A DNA stretch of 64,000 nucleotides. Source: an uncultured Gammaproteobacteria bacterium. Its GTDB lineage: Bacteria; Patescibacteriota; Patescibacteriia; Magasanikbacterales; UBA922. Positions 28,983-42,200 of this stretch are shown in pieces (position 1 is the first letter of the stretch; every line of letters starts with the position of its first letter). The translations under genes and the position numbers were made by a program. Under the pieces are notes generated by a model, which was given only the letters and a program-made list of their open reading frames with translations, made no database searches and was not told where the DNA came from. Where the stretch lies: the NCBI GenBank assembly GCA_964522405.1, contig CAZFTR010000001.1, forward strand, positions 116,686 to 180,685, written 5' to 3'.

Positions 28983-29067
28983 AATAACTAATAATTAGCA
29001 ACTAACAATTAACAAGTGATTGGTGATTGAATGCTGTCAATTGAATTAAACCGCTTGCCAAACACAA

Positions 29068-29130
29068 GGGATCCCTCGATTACGTTTTTCTTTCAGAAAA
29101 CTTCACTCGGGATGACAGTGCTGTCATCCG
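29068..29130. repeat. REP-like palindromic intergenic element
   Basis: GGATCCCTCGATTACG...CTCGGGATGACA followed by the complementary TGTCATCC. Confidence 0.5.
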
Positions 29131-29169
29131 CATAATCAGGATTATCCGTAAATCCGAATACCCCAACAC

Positions 29170-30384
29170 ATGAAAAAAAGGAGAGCTAAACAATTGCAAA
29201 GAAATTTTTCTCGGATGTTTTGGATTCGAGCTTTTTTGAATCTCAAGGTTATAAATATTGTCTTGTCACTTTTTTATCTGCACAGGGGAGCAACACTAGC
29301 TGAGATTTTTTATCTTGGACTTTTTTGGGCGACAGGTGCCTTGCTGTTTGAAATACCCTCAAGCTATCTGGCAGACAAATGGGGGAGAAAGAGAACCATA
29401 ATTTTGGGTGCGATTTTCATGTCTATTTATTTGTTTGTTTTTATATTTGCTCAGGGTTTTATCTGGTTGGCGGTAGCCATGGTTTTCTACGGTCTTAGCT
29501 TTGCTTGTTTTTCCGGTACAGATCATGCACTTCTCTATGATACAGAAAAAGAATTAAGAGGAGAGGAAAAAACTTTATCCAGGCTTGGTTCTTATGATTC
29601 AGCCCAAAATATATTTAAGATTTTTACTCCGATCATCGGGGCATTGATTGCTCATGATTTAAGCTCTATTCAATTTGTTATTGTTATAGTAATTGATTTT
29701 ATCGGAACACTTGTGGCTTTGTATTTGTCATTTAGAATTGTTGAGCCAAATCATCATATGGATTTAGAAAAACAAGAAGCCGGAATAATTATGGATGCAA
29801 TTAAGATTTTTAAAACTCACAAGATGTTGGCCAGGGTGATCTTGAACAGTGAGTTAGTATTTTTTGCAAGCTTAATTATTTTCCTTTATTATCAGAAAAT
29901 ATTTGTTGATCTTGGGTTAACAATTATATTTATTGGTGTTGGTTGGGGTTTTTCTCATCTCTTGAGATTTTTGGTAAAAAGGAATATTCATTTATTGATG
30001 CCCAAAATATCAATTTACAAAAGAATAAATATTTTAAACCACATAGCTTTTGCGTTTTTAGCCAGTTTTATAGTTGTTTGGTTTTCTGTTAAGTTTGCGG
30101 TTCTGCTATTTATACTTTATATAATATTTTCAGTCACTGAAGGAGCCAGAAAACCTCTATTTGCTGAAATATACAATAAATATAGTCATTCATATAACAG
30201 GTCAACTACATTGTCTCTGGCAAACTTTACTCATAGTATTCTTGAGTTCCCAATTTTTATTTTTGCTGGGATTTTGATTACAAAAAATATCATATTTCCA
30301 ATTATCTTTGGATTATTTTTAATATTATTTACTTTAGTGTTTTTGACATTAAAGCAACCACAAGGTAAATTAAAGAGACTATGA
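29170..30384 (+). CDS. MFS transporter
   Basis: About 12 TMs; FEIPSSYLADKWGRKRT motif A; SGTDHALLYD. Confidence 0.9.
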   Translation: MKKRRAKQLQRNFSRMFWIRAFLNLKVINIVLSLFYLHRGATLAEIFYLGLFWATGALLFEIPSSYLADKWGRKRTIILGAIFMSIYLFVFIFAQGFIWLAVAMVFYGLSFACFSGTDHALLYDTEKELRGEEKTLSRLGSYDSAQNIFKIFTPIIGALIAHDLSSIQFVIVIVIDFIGTLVALYLSFRIVEPNHHMDLEKQEAGIIMDAIKIFKTHKMLARVILNSELVFFASLIIFLYYQKIFVDLGLTIIFIGVGWGFSHLLRFLVKRNIHLLMPKISIYKRINILNHIAFAFLASFIVVWFSVKFAVLLFILYIIFSVTEGARKPLFAEIYNKYSHSYNRSTTLSLANFTHSILEFPIFIFAGILITKNIIFPIIFGLFLILFTLVFLTLKQPQGKLKRL

Positions 30385-31538
30385 ATCATCAACATCCCAA
30401 ATTATATTTTATAATTTTTCTGGGCATTGCCCTGCTTGCTTCTATTGGAATTGGCTGGCAATGGACTCAGACTCTTCATGCAGTAGAGATTTCTTCTTTA
30501 ACTTCTCAAATAACTCCGGTTGTAAATAGAAGGCCGGAAGTTATGCTCAAACAGCAGCAAACCAAACCTCTAAAAAGAGAAGTAAAAGGAGTTTATCTAA
30601 CAGCTTATTCAGCGGGAAATACCAAAACAGTCGATGGTATTATTGATCTTATCAATCGAACAGAATTAAACGCAGTTGTTGTTGATATAAAAGATTATAG
30701 CGGAAAAGTCTTATATGATAGTGATTTAGAAATTATAAATAACTTAGAGCTTGAAGATGATCGAATCGGAGATGTGCGAGCACTTATCAAAAAATTACAT
30801 GATCATGATATATATGTAATAGCCAGACAAACTGTTTTTCAGGATCCAATTTTGGCCGAGAAAAAACCAGAACTGGCAATTCACAGCAAAAATGGAGGTC
30901 TTTGGAGAGATAATCTAGGTTTGGCTTGGGTAGATCCAACTCAAAAACAGGTTTGGGAATACAATGTAGCGCTTGCCAAAGAAGCAATTAGGCTAGGTTT
31001 TGATGAGATACAATTTGATTATGTTAGATTTCCATCAGATGGAAATATGGGTTTAGTAATTTATACTAATGGAGAATTACAAATACATGAGGTGATGGCT
31101 GGCTTTTTCGCCTTTTTGGGTCAAGAGTTGACTAGTCAACCAGCCTGGATATCTATAGATATGTTTGGTTTTGTTATGGAGCGCCATGATGGTATGTCTA
31201 TTGGCCAGCGTCTTGAAGATGCTGTTGATCATATTGATTATATTTCCCCGATGATGTATCCATCACATTATCCGAGTGGGCATCTTGGCTTGGCAAATCC
31301 TGCTGATCATCCAGGCTTGGTTATAGACAATGGTATGAAAAAGGGAATGCCTTCTTTTGCAGACAAAAGAGCAAAACCAAGACCTTGGATCCAAGCCTTT
31401 CATATTGGTGCATATTATGACGGACCGAAAATACGAGCTCAGATAGATCATGTTGAAAAATATACAGATGGTGGCTGGTTATTATGGAATCCAATAAATA
31501 GATATAGTACAGATGGTTTGAAGCTGTCTTCAAATTAA
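30381..31538 (+). CDS. Putative glycoside hydrolase (DUF4015-like), membrane anchored
   Basis: VKGVYLT, NAVVVDIKD, GFDEIQFDYVRFPSDG, SPMMYPSHY, RPWIQAF. Confidence 0.85.
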   Translation: MNHQHPKLYFIIFLGIALLASIGIGWQWTQTLHAVEISSLTSQITPVVNRRPEVMLKQQQTKPLKREVKGVYLTAYSAGNTKTVDGIIDLINRTELNAVVVDIKDYSGKVLYDSDLEIINNLELEDDRIGDVRALIKKLHDHDIYVIARQTVFQDPILAEKKPELAIHSKNGGLWRDNLGLAWVDPTQKQVWEYNVALAKEAIRLGFDEIQFDYVRFPSDGNMGLVIYTNGELQIHEVMAGFFAFLGQELTSQPAWISIDMFGFVMERHDGMSIGQRLEDAVDHIDYISPMMYPSHYPSGHLGLANPADHPGLVIDNGMKKGMPSFADKRAKPRPWIQAFHIGAYYDGPKIRAQIDHVEKYTDGGWLLWNPINRYSTDGLKLSSN

Positions 31539-31547
31539 GCAGTAGCT

Positions 31548-32369
31548 ATGCAAACTGATTTGCTCAAACCGACCTATCTCAAAGAACTTTGTCAGAAATA
31601 TCATCTCCGACCTTCTAAAAGCTATGGACAAAATTATCTGATTTCATCATCTCCTATTCTTAAGATGATAGAAGCAGGAAGTCTTACCAAAAAGGATACA
31701 ATTATAGAAATTGGTCCGGGTTTTGGTGTTTTAACTTTGGCTATTGCTCCAAAAGTGAAGAAAGTCATTGCTTTTGAAATTGAGCAAAAATTAAGAGAAT
31801 ATTGGCAGCAAAAACAAGGGGAATTTCAGAATATAGAAATTGTTTGGGGTGATGTGCTCAAGCAGATTGAAAAGACTAAACTTCCTGCTAAATACAAAGT
31901 TCTTGCCAATCTTCCTTATCAAATTACTTCTTATATTTTACGAAAAATATTTGAACTAAAAAATCCCCCGGAACAGATAATTGTTATGGTTCAAAAAGAA
32001 GTAGCAGATCGGATTTGTGCTAAGCCCGGGGAAATGAGTATTTTAGCTGTGTCAGTTCAATATTTTGGAAATCCAAAAATTATAACCAAAGTACCAAGGG
32101 GAAGTTTTTGGCCTTCTCCAAAAGTAACATCAGCTGTGGTAAGTATTTCAAATATACAAAACAGATCTCAAGCAGAAGTTTTTTTTAGATTTGTTAGAGC
32201 TGGTTTTTCTCATAAACGAAAACAACTTTGGAAAAATCTTTCAAGTGCTCTCTCTATAGAGCCGACATTGGTCAAAAAATCTCTTGAAAGGTTATTTGCA
32301 AATCATAAGATTAGAGCAGAAGAGTTGGGAGTGGGTGATTGGGAAAAATTAGTCGATGATCTTGGATAG
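31548..32369 (+). CDS. rsmA: 16S rRNA m6,2A dimethyltransferase
   Basis: GQNYL, EIGPGFG, ANLPYQIT, MVQKEVADR, PSPKVTS. Confidence 0.95.
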   Translation: MQTDLLKPTYLKELCQKYHLRPSKSYGQNYLISSSPILKMIEAGSLTKKDTIIEIGPGFGVLTLAIAPKVKKVIAFEIEQKLREYWQQKQGEFQNIEIVWGDVLKQIEKTKLPAKYKVLANLPYQITSYILRKIFELKNPPEQIIVMVQKEVADRICAKPGEMSILAVSVQYFGNPKIITKVPRGSFWPSPKVTSAVVSISNIQNRSQAEVFFRFVRAGFSHKRKQLWKNLSSALSIEPTLVKKSLERLFANHKIRAEELGVGDWEKLVDDLG

Positions 32370-32534
32370 AGAGCGGGGATTGTCAATAATACTTTTTTTG
32401 TTTCGCTTCACTATTGCGGATTTTTTTAAATATGAGATAATCAATTGTTAAAATTGGTTATGCCCAGTTTAAATGTATTGCTGATTGTTGTTATTTGGTT
32501 TTTTTGATATAATGTATTTACAATATAACTCATT

Positions 32535-33218
32535 ATGCAAGACAAATTTGCAGAATCGCAAGCACTATCTCGAGAAAGAAAAATAGGTTTTGTTTTCCTA
32601 TTGATTTTTGCTATTTTGACAGTAAGTCTGGGAGTGCTTCAGCTCAGAAATACTATTTACGGACCTTATGCAATTAAAGTCGCCAAAAAAGATAGTGTTG
32701 AGAGTCTTCTACTAAAAGACGAAGATGCCAGATTGCAACAAATCGATACAGACCATGATGGAATAAATGATTATGAAGAATTGTTTTTTTATGAAACCAG
32801 TCCGTATATTCCAGATACTGATTCAGATGGTATAAGTGATAAGGAAGAATTAGAAGATGGAACTGATCCGCTTTGTCCAAAGGGACAGGATTGTGGTGAA
32901 GTTCAGAGCGAGGCAATTTCAGATCAAGCACCAAAACAAGAAGTTATTGGATCTCCGATTGTTGGAAATGTCAAAACAGCTGCTGAATTGTTGGGTGGCG
33001 CTACTACTGACCAGCCTCCAGAAGTGGATATTGCCAGTGAATTGGCAACCATTGCCACTGATGCTGATATACTTAGAGAGATGCTTTTGGCAACAGGAAA
33101 TATAACCCAAGAAGAACTTGATAAAGTAACAGATGAACAACTATTAGAATCTGCTAAAAACCTTCTTTCTACGCAGGGTACTGCTCCAGTAGCTACCGAA
33201 GAAGAATCCAGTCAATAA
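32535..33218 (+). CDS. Membrane-anchored protein with TSP3-like Ca-binding repeats
   Basis: N-terminal TM; DTDHDGINDYEE..TSPY.PDTDSDGISDKEE..GTDPL. Confidence 0.75.
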   Translation: MQDKFAESQALSRERKIGFVFLLIFAILTVSLGVLQLRNTIYGPYAIKVAKKDSVESLLLKDEDARLQQIDTDHDGINDYEELFFYETSPYIPDTDSDGISDKEELEDGTDPLCPKGQDCGEVQSEAISDQAPKQEVIGSPIVGNVKTAAELLGGATTDQPPEVDIASELATIATDADILREMLLATGNITQEELDKVTDEQLLESAKNLLSTQGTAPVATEEESSQ

Positions 33219-33231
33219 CTTGCTGATTTTT

Positions 33232-36200
33232 ATGTTTAAAAATCAAAATAGAAAATTAAAAACCTCATTGATAATACTGTTATCAAGTTTTGTTATTTTG
33301 GTTCCGGTTCTTGCCGGTTTACTAAAAATTGATCAGGCTCATGCTCAGGCCGCTGCAGCAGCAAAAGCAGCAGCAAAAGTTGCCACAGAAGCAGCATCAG
33401 GAGCAGCAAATTCAGCTCCGGCAGTGCCAACTCATGAGTTGAGTAGTGTTCCGAAGAAAATGCAAAAAATAGAAGATACTCTAGACGATACTTTTTTATC
33501 TACAGGACTTTCAGCTCTTATTAGTGGAGCTTCATATTTTTTAAACCGCCTTGCTTATGATGGTGCTAGGTGGATTGCTTCGGGTGGAAAAGGGCAGGGA
33601 GCACTTGCTTTTCAAGATGGATTTGGAGAGTACATCTTAAAAGTTGGAGGAGACAGTGTTGCTGATGCTGTTCAGCAGTTGGGAAATCCCTATGGATTAA
33701 ATCTCTGTAAACCCTCAAATTTAGATGTGCAGGTTTACCTGCAACTAGGATATAGAAAAGTTTATGATGGGCTTGGTGGAGAAGGTGGTCCTAAACCAAA
33801 ATGTTCATGGTCAGAGCTCAAGGATAAAATTGAATTTCAAACTTCAGGCGACGGAGTGCGATATTTTGGAGACACTATTGTCGAAGGTTTCCAAAACTCT
33901 TTTAGAGTTGAAGATAGTGATTTTGGAATTGCACTTGGAGCAGCTGGACAGCTAGACAGAATATATGCCCAAAAACAACAAGAAGCAGAGGGTGAACAAT
34001 TGGTTGGTGAAGGGTTTAAGCCACTTAAGAGTATGTTGTCTGGAAAAACTCTAACTCCGGCACAGATAATAAAAGAAGAAGCAAAATCTATTACTGCCAA
34101 ACATCAGGGTCAGATGACGGCTAATCAGATATCTGGAGTTTATGGCTCAGGAAGTATTGAGGCTCTGGTGGGTGCTGCTTCAATTTTTTTGACTACACTT
34201 ATATCTGATCTTTCCAAAAATATTTTAACTGATGGTTGGTTGACAGATCCTGGTTCAGGTGGAGGGGGTAGTTTATCTTCAAATACAGAAGTTGTAATCA
34301 ACGAATTTGCTTCAGCCATAAACCAAAATAGAAGAGCTGCAGAAAATGCCTTTAAATTTTTGTTTACAGCAGTTCCTGTTAAGCAGAGTTCCAGTTATCC
34401 GCTTTTGGATGATTTTGCCTCATGTCCTGATGATCCTGCTTTAAACCATCCTAAATTAACAAATTGTGTTATTGACCGAGCCTTTAGAGAAGCAATAGAT
34501 CGTGGAAACCAGGGGAGTAGTTTGACTATAAGAGAAGCCATGCTAAAGGAAAACGGAGAACTTCTCCACGGAGGTTGGCCTCTAATATCTCCTCTGAGAG
34601 AAGAAGAACATACAGAAGTAAAAGATTGTTATAGAAATGGATATTGCTACTCAAATATACAGAAATTGAGAAAAGCTCGTATCCTTCCTCTTGGTTTTGA
34701 GATCGCAGCCCTTCGTTCTGATCCGGATCAGCCCTGGACTCTTAAGCAGGTTGTAGATGGATTCAACGATTGTGCGGTTGATCCTGATTCTGGAAATATT
34801 GTCCAAAGTTCAAAAAAACCTTTTTGTCATTTGATTGATCCAAATTGGATTATACGCTTACCTGATCCGCGTTGTGAATCACTTGTTTATGGGCCAAATT
34901 TGATTTCCAATGCTGCGCCTACAAGACATAGTGAATGTGCTGATATTTCTACTTGTTTACTTGAAGATGAAAATGGCCAATGTATTGGTCAATATGGTTA
35001 TTGTCTAAAAGAAAAAAATGTCTGGAATATGCCGGGTCAATCTTGCCCTGCTCAGTTTAGCACTTGTGACACTTATACCAATACTAAGACTGGGAAAATA
35101 GAAAGCTTTTTATCAAGAACTGTAGACTATGATCAATGTACTAGTGATGCTGCTGGCTGTAGAGCATATAGTATTTACCAGGAAGACGGTGCATGGAGAA
35201 ATAGTAGTCAAACAGATGAGCTTTTAAAAACCAAAGGAGAGGCGCAAACCATGTATTTTGGAAAACTGGCAAGCCATGCAACTTGTCCTATTGATGTTGA
35301 TTTAAATGCTGATGGTTGTTCTGCATTTCTTCAGGTAACTTTTGACAGCGAAGTTGGTAATTATCAGAAAATAGCAGCTGCCACACCTCTTTATATGCAA
35401 AAGGCTCCAAATTATCTAGGTTGTTATGATACTGATTTATCTACCAAAGAAATTATAGATTGGCCAATTTCAGAAACTGATTTAACCCTTCTGACTGATA
35501 GACCTGAACAATGTGCAGACTATGCTCAGGTTTGTGTAGAAGATGAAGCAGGTTGTAGAAAATATCGCGCAGCTGAATCCGGAGTTCAAGACGTGGTTGG
35601 TATTGTGGGAGCAAATTCTTGTCCTGCTGAATGCGTAGGTTATGATACTTTCAAACAGGAAGAAAGTAATTTTGAACCTTCAATATTCCCAATGTATTTT
35701 ATTGCTGACGGTGTTGGGTCTAGAAGTTGCCCAGGACAGTATTCCAGCTGTTCAGAATTTACCAATATTGGCGCTGCCGGAGAAGGTGGAGAAGAGCTTG
35801 AGTATTTTGTTGATATTAAATATTGTGAAAAACCAGAAGAGGACAATGAAAAAACCTATTATTCTTGGGAAGGATCTGACAGTGCTGGATATGTTTTGAA
35901 AGTTCACAAAATGAAACAAATTGATCAAGAGGAATATACTTCTTATATTTTTAAAGTGGGTCAAGCAATTCAATTTAATCCTGGAGATAATTTAAGTTTT
36001 TATGAGATTGGATCACCGGCATATGCCAAAGATTCAGTAGAAAACTTAGAAGAATATTATCATGCTTGTAATGAGGAAAATTATAAGCAACTCATAAATG
36101 GAGAAAATCAGTTAGGAGATATAGACGAAGGTTGTGCTGCAATTTATGATAATGATGGAAATATTTATTATAGAATTTTATCAGAAACTGTAACTGTATC

Positions 36201-39200
36201 TGATCAATGTACACCTTATAGAAAAACTAATACTTATCTTGAATTGGATTCAGATTTAAATACTAGTGAACTTTGTTCATACAAATCAGGACTTTGGTCA
36301 GATGCTAATCTCAGTTGTGAGAGATGTTTCAATGGCGGAGAATATCTAGATGGGTCTTGTGTTTATTGGACTATTCCAAGTGAGTCTCTTTCATGTCAAG
36401 GTCCTGCAGGACAAGAAAATTTGTACAATGGTTGTCGAACTTATACTGGAAATGCAGTAAATGATCCTGTTCAGAAAATATTCTTTGATTTTGAACCTCA
36501 GCCATCTGATGATGATCCTGATGGTTTGAACAATGCCAAAGATGGTTGGTCTGTAGGAGAAATTACTCTTGACGCACAGCAAGTGGGACTTCATTCATTG
36601 CAAATTGATTCTGGTATTGTTGCTTTAGATGTGCCTGCTGAGATATTTACTGAGGATAAATGGTATGAATTAACTTTTTGGGCTAGAAGCGCTGTTGAAC
36701 AAAACCTAGTTGTGAAACTGATTCAGATTGCTCAGGATGTTGGCAATTTCAATTCTAATCCAAATATAGAAGGTGGGGAGATCCCAGTTAAAATAAATAC
36801 CAATTGGCAGGAATATAAATTAGGTCCGGTTCAATTTGCTGGAAGTACTGACTTGGAGGTGACGGCTATGTTCCAGGCAGTTTCTCTTGGGGTGAGTAGT
36901 GCTTATTCAATTGATAATGTTCGTATAGTGGAAGTTCCAAAATTTCACCGCATTAAAAATTCATGGCAACAAAAAGATACTGGTCCACTTGGTGAAGAGG
37001 TTGTTTTGGATGTTCCTTTGCTCTGTGACACTACACCTACTGATCCGTTCCCAGGTGAACATCTTGGCTGTAGTGCATATACGGACAAGACTGCAGATCC
37101 TGATCTGCCAGTCTATACTTCTGGATTTGAAAAATTGTGCAGAGTCAAAGCAGAAGGTTGTCGTCCTATAGTAGATACTTTTAATACAGTGAGCCATGAA
37201 GATCCGGGCAATCAAGATAATACCTTAACTCATGTATACAATGCATGGTGTGAGGAATTGGCAGAGGACATTTGTCAGGTTAAACACATTGATCAGGTAT
37301 TGGGAGAATGTCAGGTTGGAAAAGGTAAAAATGGTTGTTATATTCCAAAAATTGTCATTCCTGCCGGTGTGGAATTCAAAGATTTGTTAAATACCACAGA
37401 TTCAACAGTGGTTGTACCTGCTGATACAGAGGAAACTACACCAATTTATCTAACCTACAATACTGAGTATGCATGTTCTTCCAGCTTTATGGGTTGTAAA
37501 GCTGGTGCTCTTGAAGAGCAATCTCTACCAACAGAAAATCAAATTTCCTATGAGTTTAGTGAGCAAATGGTCTATGATAATCCGACTTTTTATGAACAAA
37601 CTCTTTGTAAATCAGAGGAGTTAGCTTGTGAAGAATACCGACATGGTAACAGTTTGGCTTACTTCAAAGATCCATATCTTACTGGTTCCAAACTGTGTAA
37701 ATATCGAGAAAATTTAGACTCAGGTGAGAACTATGGATGGTTTATGGAGGGTATAGGAAAATGTACTGGAACAGAAGATCTCTGTAGTTCAAGTGATGAT
37801 TGTTCTGAGGATGTTGCTTGTGATCTTGAGATAGATGTTCCTTGTTATGATAATTATCTGCAGGCTGGTGGAGAAAATGGCATTTGGTCAAATGATGCCT
37901 TATTTCATCCAATAACAGGAGAGAGTTTGTATGATGGTTTTGTTGGATTATGTGAATCACAATATAATAATTGTACTGAATATTTGGATCCACAGGATAG
38001 TTCTGGAGCTGATCCAGATGGTAAACCTTATTACGTTATAGCAGACAACCAATTGATTTCCGGTCAGTCTGAGTGTGCCGGACAGGTTAGTTTGCACGAG
38101 GGTTGTGTCTTGTTTGATCAAACAGACAACCCAAATAAGTTTTATGACAGTGAAGCAAGTTATAAGAAAAGCGCTGCTACAGATAATCCAAAATATCAAC
38201 CGGTTACACCAATTACCAGTGGTAATCTGGACGCAAATGTAGTATTGAAAGTTGAAGCTAATAGAAGCTGTAGCGAATGGTTGTCATGTAAAAATAGTAT
38301 CAAGATTACTGATGAAAATGGAATTCCAAAAAATGTTTGTAATGAATTCAAAGCTTGCAAGGAATCAGATGGTTCAGCGGGCTGTGCTAATTGGGCTGTT
38401 GATTCTGCTTACGAAACAGAGCCTTTGACTCAAGAGAAATATATTAAGCGTGATACATCCTGGTATGGAGAAGAATACACAGGATATTCACTGTTTGATA
38501 AATATCAGATTAGTAGTATTGCTTATGTTTCTGTAGAAGACGAGCCATTTTCATATATGGCTTACGAATTACATCCTGGAGTTGCTCCAAATAATAACTG
38601 TATAGGACAAGCTGCTTGGAGTAAATGTGGTTTTGATAATGGTGGTAGATGTCATAATGAAAAATGTATCTATACTATGAGCGGTCCTTTTTTACCTGAC
38701 TCTGATACAAAAGATGAAATCGTGGCAGAGTTAGAGGGCGGAACTTGTAAGGCTTTCCCAGAGGATAGTTCACCATATGATTTTAGTTTTGCAGAGCAAC
38801 CAACGCTTCATGAGACTGCCTATGATGACGGGCCTGATAGATATACTTTTGAAACCAAGAAAAAAGGATATGGTGGAGCAAATATTTGTCAGAGTGGAGA
38901 GAATTGCTCCTGTGAGTACAAGAAAATAGCTTATGGTAATGGTACAACTGATTACTTGAGCTATAGTGAAGATAAATATGCCAAAGGTGTTTGTACGGGA
39001 GGAGATTTTGCTCAGAAATCTTGTAGAATAAATTCTGACTGTGGTGCGGGTGGTTCTTGTAGTAGGATCACGAGTATTGAAACTCATATAGGTTTGAGGG
39101 GTCTGTGTATGGAATATGATTTGAGCAGACCAATAGACAAAGATAAGGATATTTACCCGTGTCTCACTTGGTTGCCGGTGGATACTGCGGCGACAGTTCT

Positions 39201-42200
39201 TGATCCATATAACAATGATCCAAAAGCAGGTTATCTACCACGGCTTGATGCCAGTGTTACTCTAGCCAATGGTTTTAAGAGTGAGTATGGACAAGTTTAT
39301 TGTAGCGAGGCATCAGGAAATGCCAAGGGTGCCTATGACATAGATGGATACAGAGAGATAACAAATGCAATTAACCAATCTACAGTTCCAAAATTTTCAG
39401 CCATATGTGATGGTAATCCAGATACTTTTGTTTGTAACAAGGACCTGTATAGTAATATGTTCAATGAGTATGGAGATTATATCTTTGATGAGAAAAAATG
39501 GGTAAGTATTACTGGTAATCCAGAGATAGCTTATGATGTTGGTGATGCAAATGCAGAATTTCCATTTACAGAAAAACTGCCTGTATTGCGTGATCCATTT
39601 AATGCTGGTTGGGGTGATAATTTTTCTTCTTTTAATACTTGGGAAGATGTGGAAGGATCCAAAACCACTATAATGCAAGGATTTTTTGAATGGCAAACTC
39701 GTCCACCGGCTACACCTGGTTCAGATGTGCTTACTGGCGCTAGTTTGTATCCTGATGATGACCAGAACAAGAATATATATAATTATCCGGATTTTGTCTA
39801 CTCCTTGGTTCAGCAATGGGCCTGGCATGGTGGTATGTATGGCAGAGGGTTGGCAGAAACCAAGGAATCCAAGAATATTATTTTGAATACCAAGAGTATA
39901 TCTGATCTGTGTGGAGATTTGATAGGTAAGGGGCAGCTATATACCGGTTGTGCAGACCTCTATAATTTTGCTGTAAATGCTCCAACTAAAACTCAGCAGG
40001 TTGAGTTATTAAAAGCTCTTCTTAACGCTCGAGTCAGTAGAATTTTAGCTGAAGATACCGAGGAAATTAAGCAGCAAGAAATAGTCAATCCAAATTCAAC
40101 TGTATTATTTACCTCAGCTCTTTATTTTAGGGATTACTTATATACTTCTTTGAAAAAAGTAGAAGAGATTGCGCCTGTAAAGGGTCTTGAAAGTAAAGGT
40201 CAGGATAAGAATAAATGGTATCTAGAAGATGAAGAGATGACCGAAGACTTGAATGGGGATGGTAAGGTTGATTATAAAGATATCACTGATCCTGAGTCTA
40301 TATTTTTGAGAGTAAGTTATGAACCGGTAGATTTTCATAGTTATACTCCGGGAACAATTGAAAAGGTCTTTGATTTTACAGGCGGCAGTAATAAAAGCAC
40401 AGATAAAGATGATCCAAATAATTATTTTTACAAGAGCTCAATTTGGGGGCATGCTACCAAGAAACTACGTGGTTATCATCCGGTCTTTTACAATTATGAA
40501 GCAGCAATAGAGGTTGTAGAAGATGAGATCAGTAAATTGCACTATGGACCAATGATGGCTCCAAATGGGATTGAAAGAGTTCTTACTATTGATTTTGATA
40601 CTCTTAATAATAGTCTGCCGCTTGAGTCAATCACAGCAAATGATGGGGTTTTGTACGATCTTAACTATTATTCAGAGGCTGTAAAAGGAGTTTATGTTTT
40701 TAAGGTAAGCCCAAGAACAGGTCCTAGAGCAGGTTGGTCACGATATATTATTATATCTATGGAAGACGGGGGATTTAGCGAAGATAAACCAGTGACTGAT
40801 TTGAGTCTTGATTTCTTTGTGGAGCTTCTTGACGAGTGGGCTGGAGATTCAAAATCCAAGTGGTCAAAGGGTGTGGATTGGATTGACGAGGATTTGGGAA
40901 ATAGATCACTTATTTGGGTCTGGGCTGATTTTGATGAGAAAGGTAATATGTCCGATGATTTCATAAAATCAAACTACCAAGCTTGGTATCAAAATACTAA
41001 AAGTATTTTTGTCTACAGTTCAGAGTTCAATGCCAAAGATGGAAAAACTCCTTTCTTGGCAGTTGTAGCAGAGACACATCCAAGATGTACAGAATTCCAG
41101 GTTGTTTATGATAGTGAAACCGAAGGGCTGGGCGGTTCAACTAACAAGGCTTGGACTGATAGAGTTTGGAATTATTCTAATTATCAACCGGGAACTACCT
41201 TTTTCTTTGGTAATAAATTAACTAAGCCGGCCTTTTCTCGACCTTTTGGTTCATTGCAATTAACTGCTGATTCTTTTGAAGGTACAAATGCATCAGGTTT
41301 GAGTTGGGAAGATGCCAGACGCAGATACACCTTTAGATCACCTGAGTTTGATGGTATACCTTATTCATGTGACGCAACAGCTCTAGAGTCAGAGCAGACC
41401 GCATTCAATCAAGGTAACTTTTTTAATGAAGGTTTGATGTATGATAATCCAGATTTTATTGGGCTTATAGAGTGGGGTGAACAAAAATGTATAGCGTCTT
41501 ATGGTGGAAATAATGAACTATATAACACCATGTCTTTTGTTGAGGCTGAAAATGGTATAGATATGCTATCTCAATTATTTAAAAAATCATTTACCTCTAT
41601 TAGAGCAAATGAACAGGGAGAAAATAAATTTGGTATTAAAGGAGCAATTGATCCACAGAATTCACTCTTTGTGAAGGAAGTTGGATTTGATGGTTCATCT
41701 ACTGCTGAGGCAGGTCTAATTCCTCCACAAATATATTCACTAAATCCAACCACTTGTTATGATTATACCGGTGGTAAAATTAATTGTACTATTGGAGAAG
41801 CAGATAATATAACCATAAACAGAAGAAATTTCATGTTAGAAGATTATGATGATGATGGATTTTATGATGAAGATCTAAATGGTGATGACTTGCCTGATCT
41901 GATAATTGCAGAAAATTCATTTACTGCTGTTGCTCATTTCTTTGCTTATGCTGATCATAACCGCATGCCTATTCGAAGAGTAATGGTTGATTGGGGAGAT
42001 GGAGATATTTCAAATCAAGATAGAAAGGGAATGTATAAGAATAGAAAACCATATTGTATTGGTGTTGGTAATGAGCAGAGTCCAGATATTGGAGAGTGTT
42101 CTCAGTCTGAGCAATTAACTTGTCTCAAAGATTCAGATTGTCCTTTGGCAGGAGAAACTTGTGATTTGAATGCAGCCAGGCATTTTGGAAATTCAGATAG

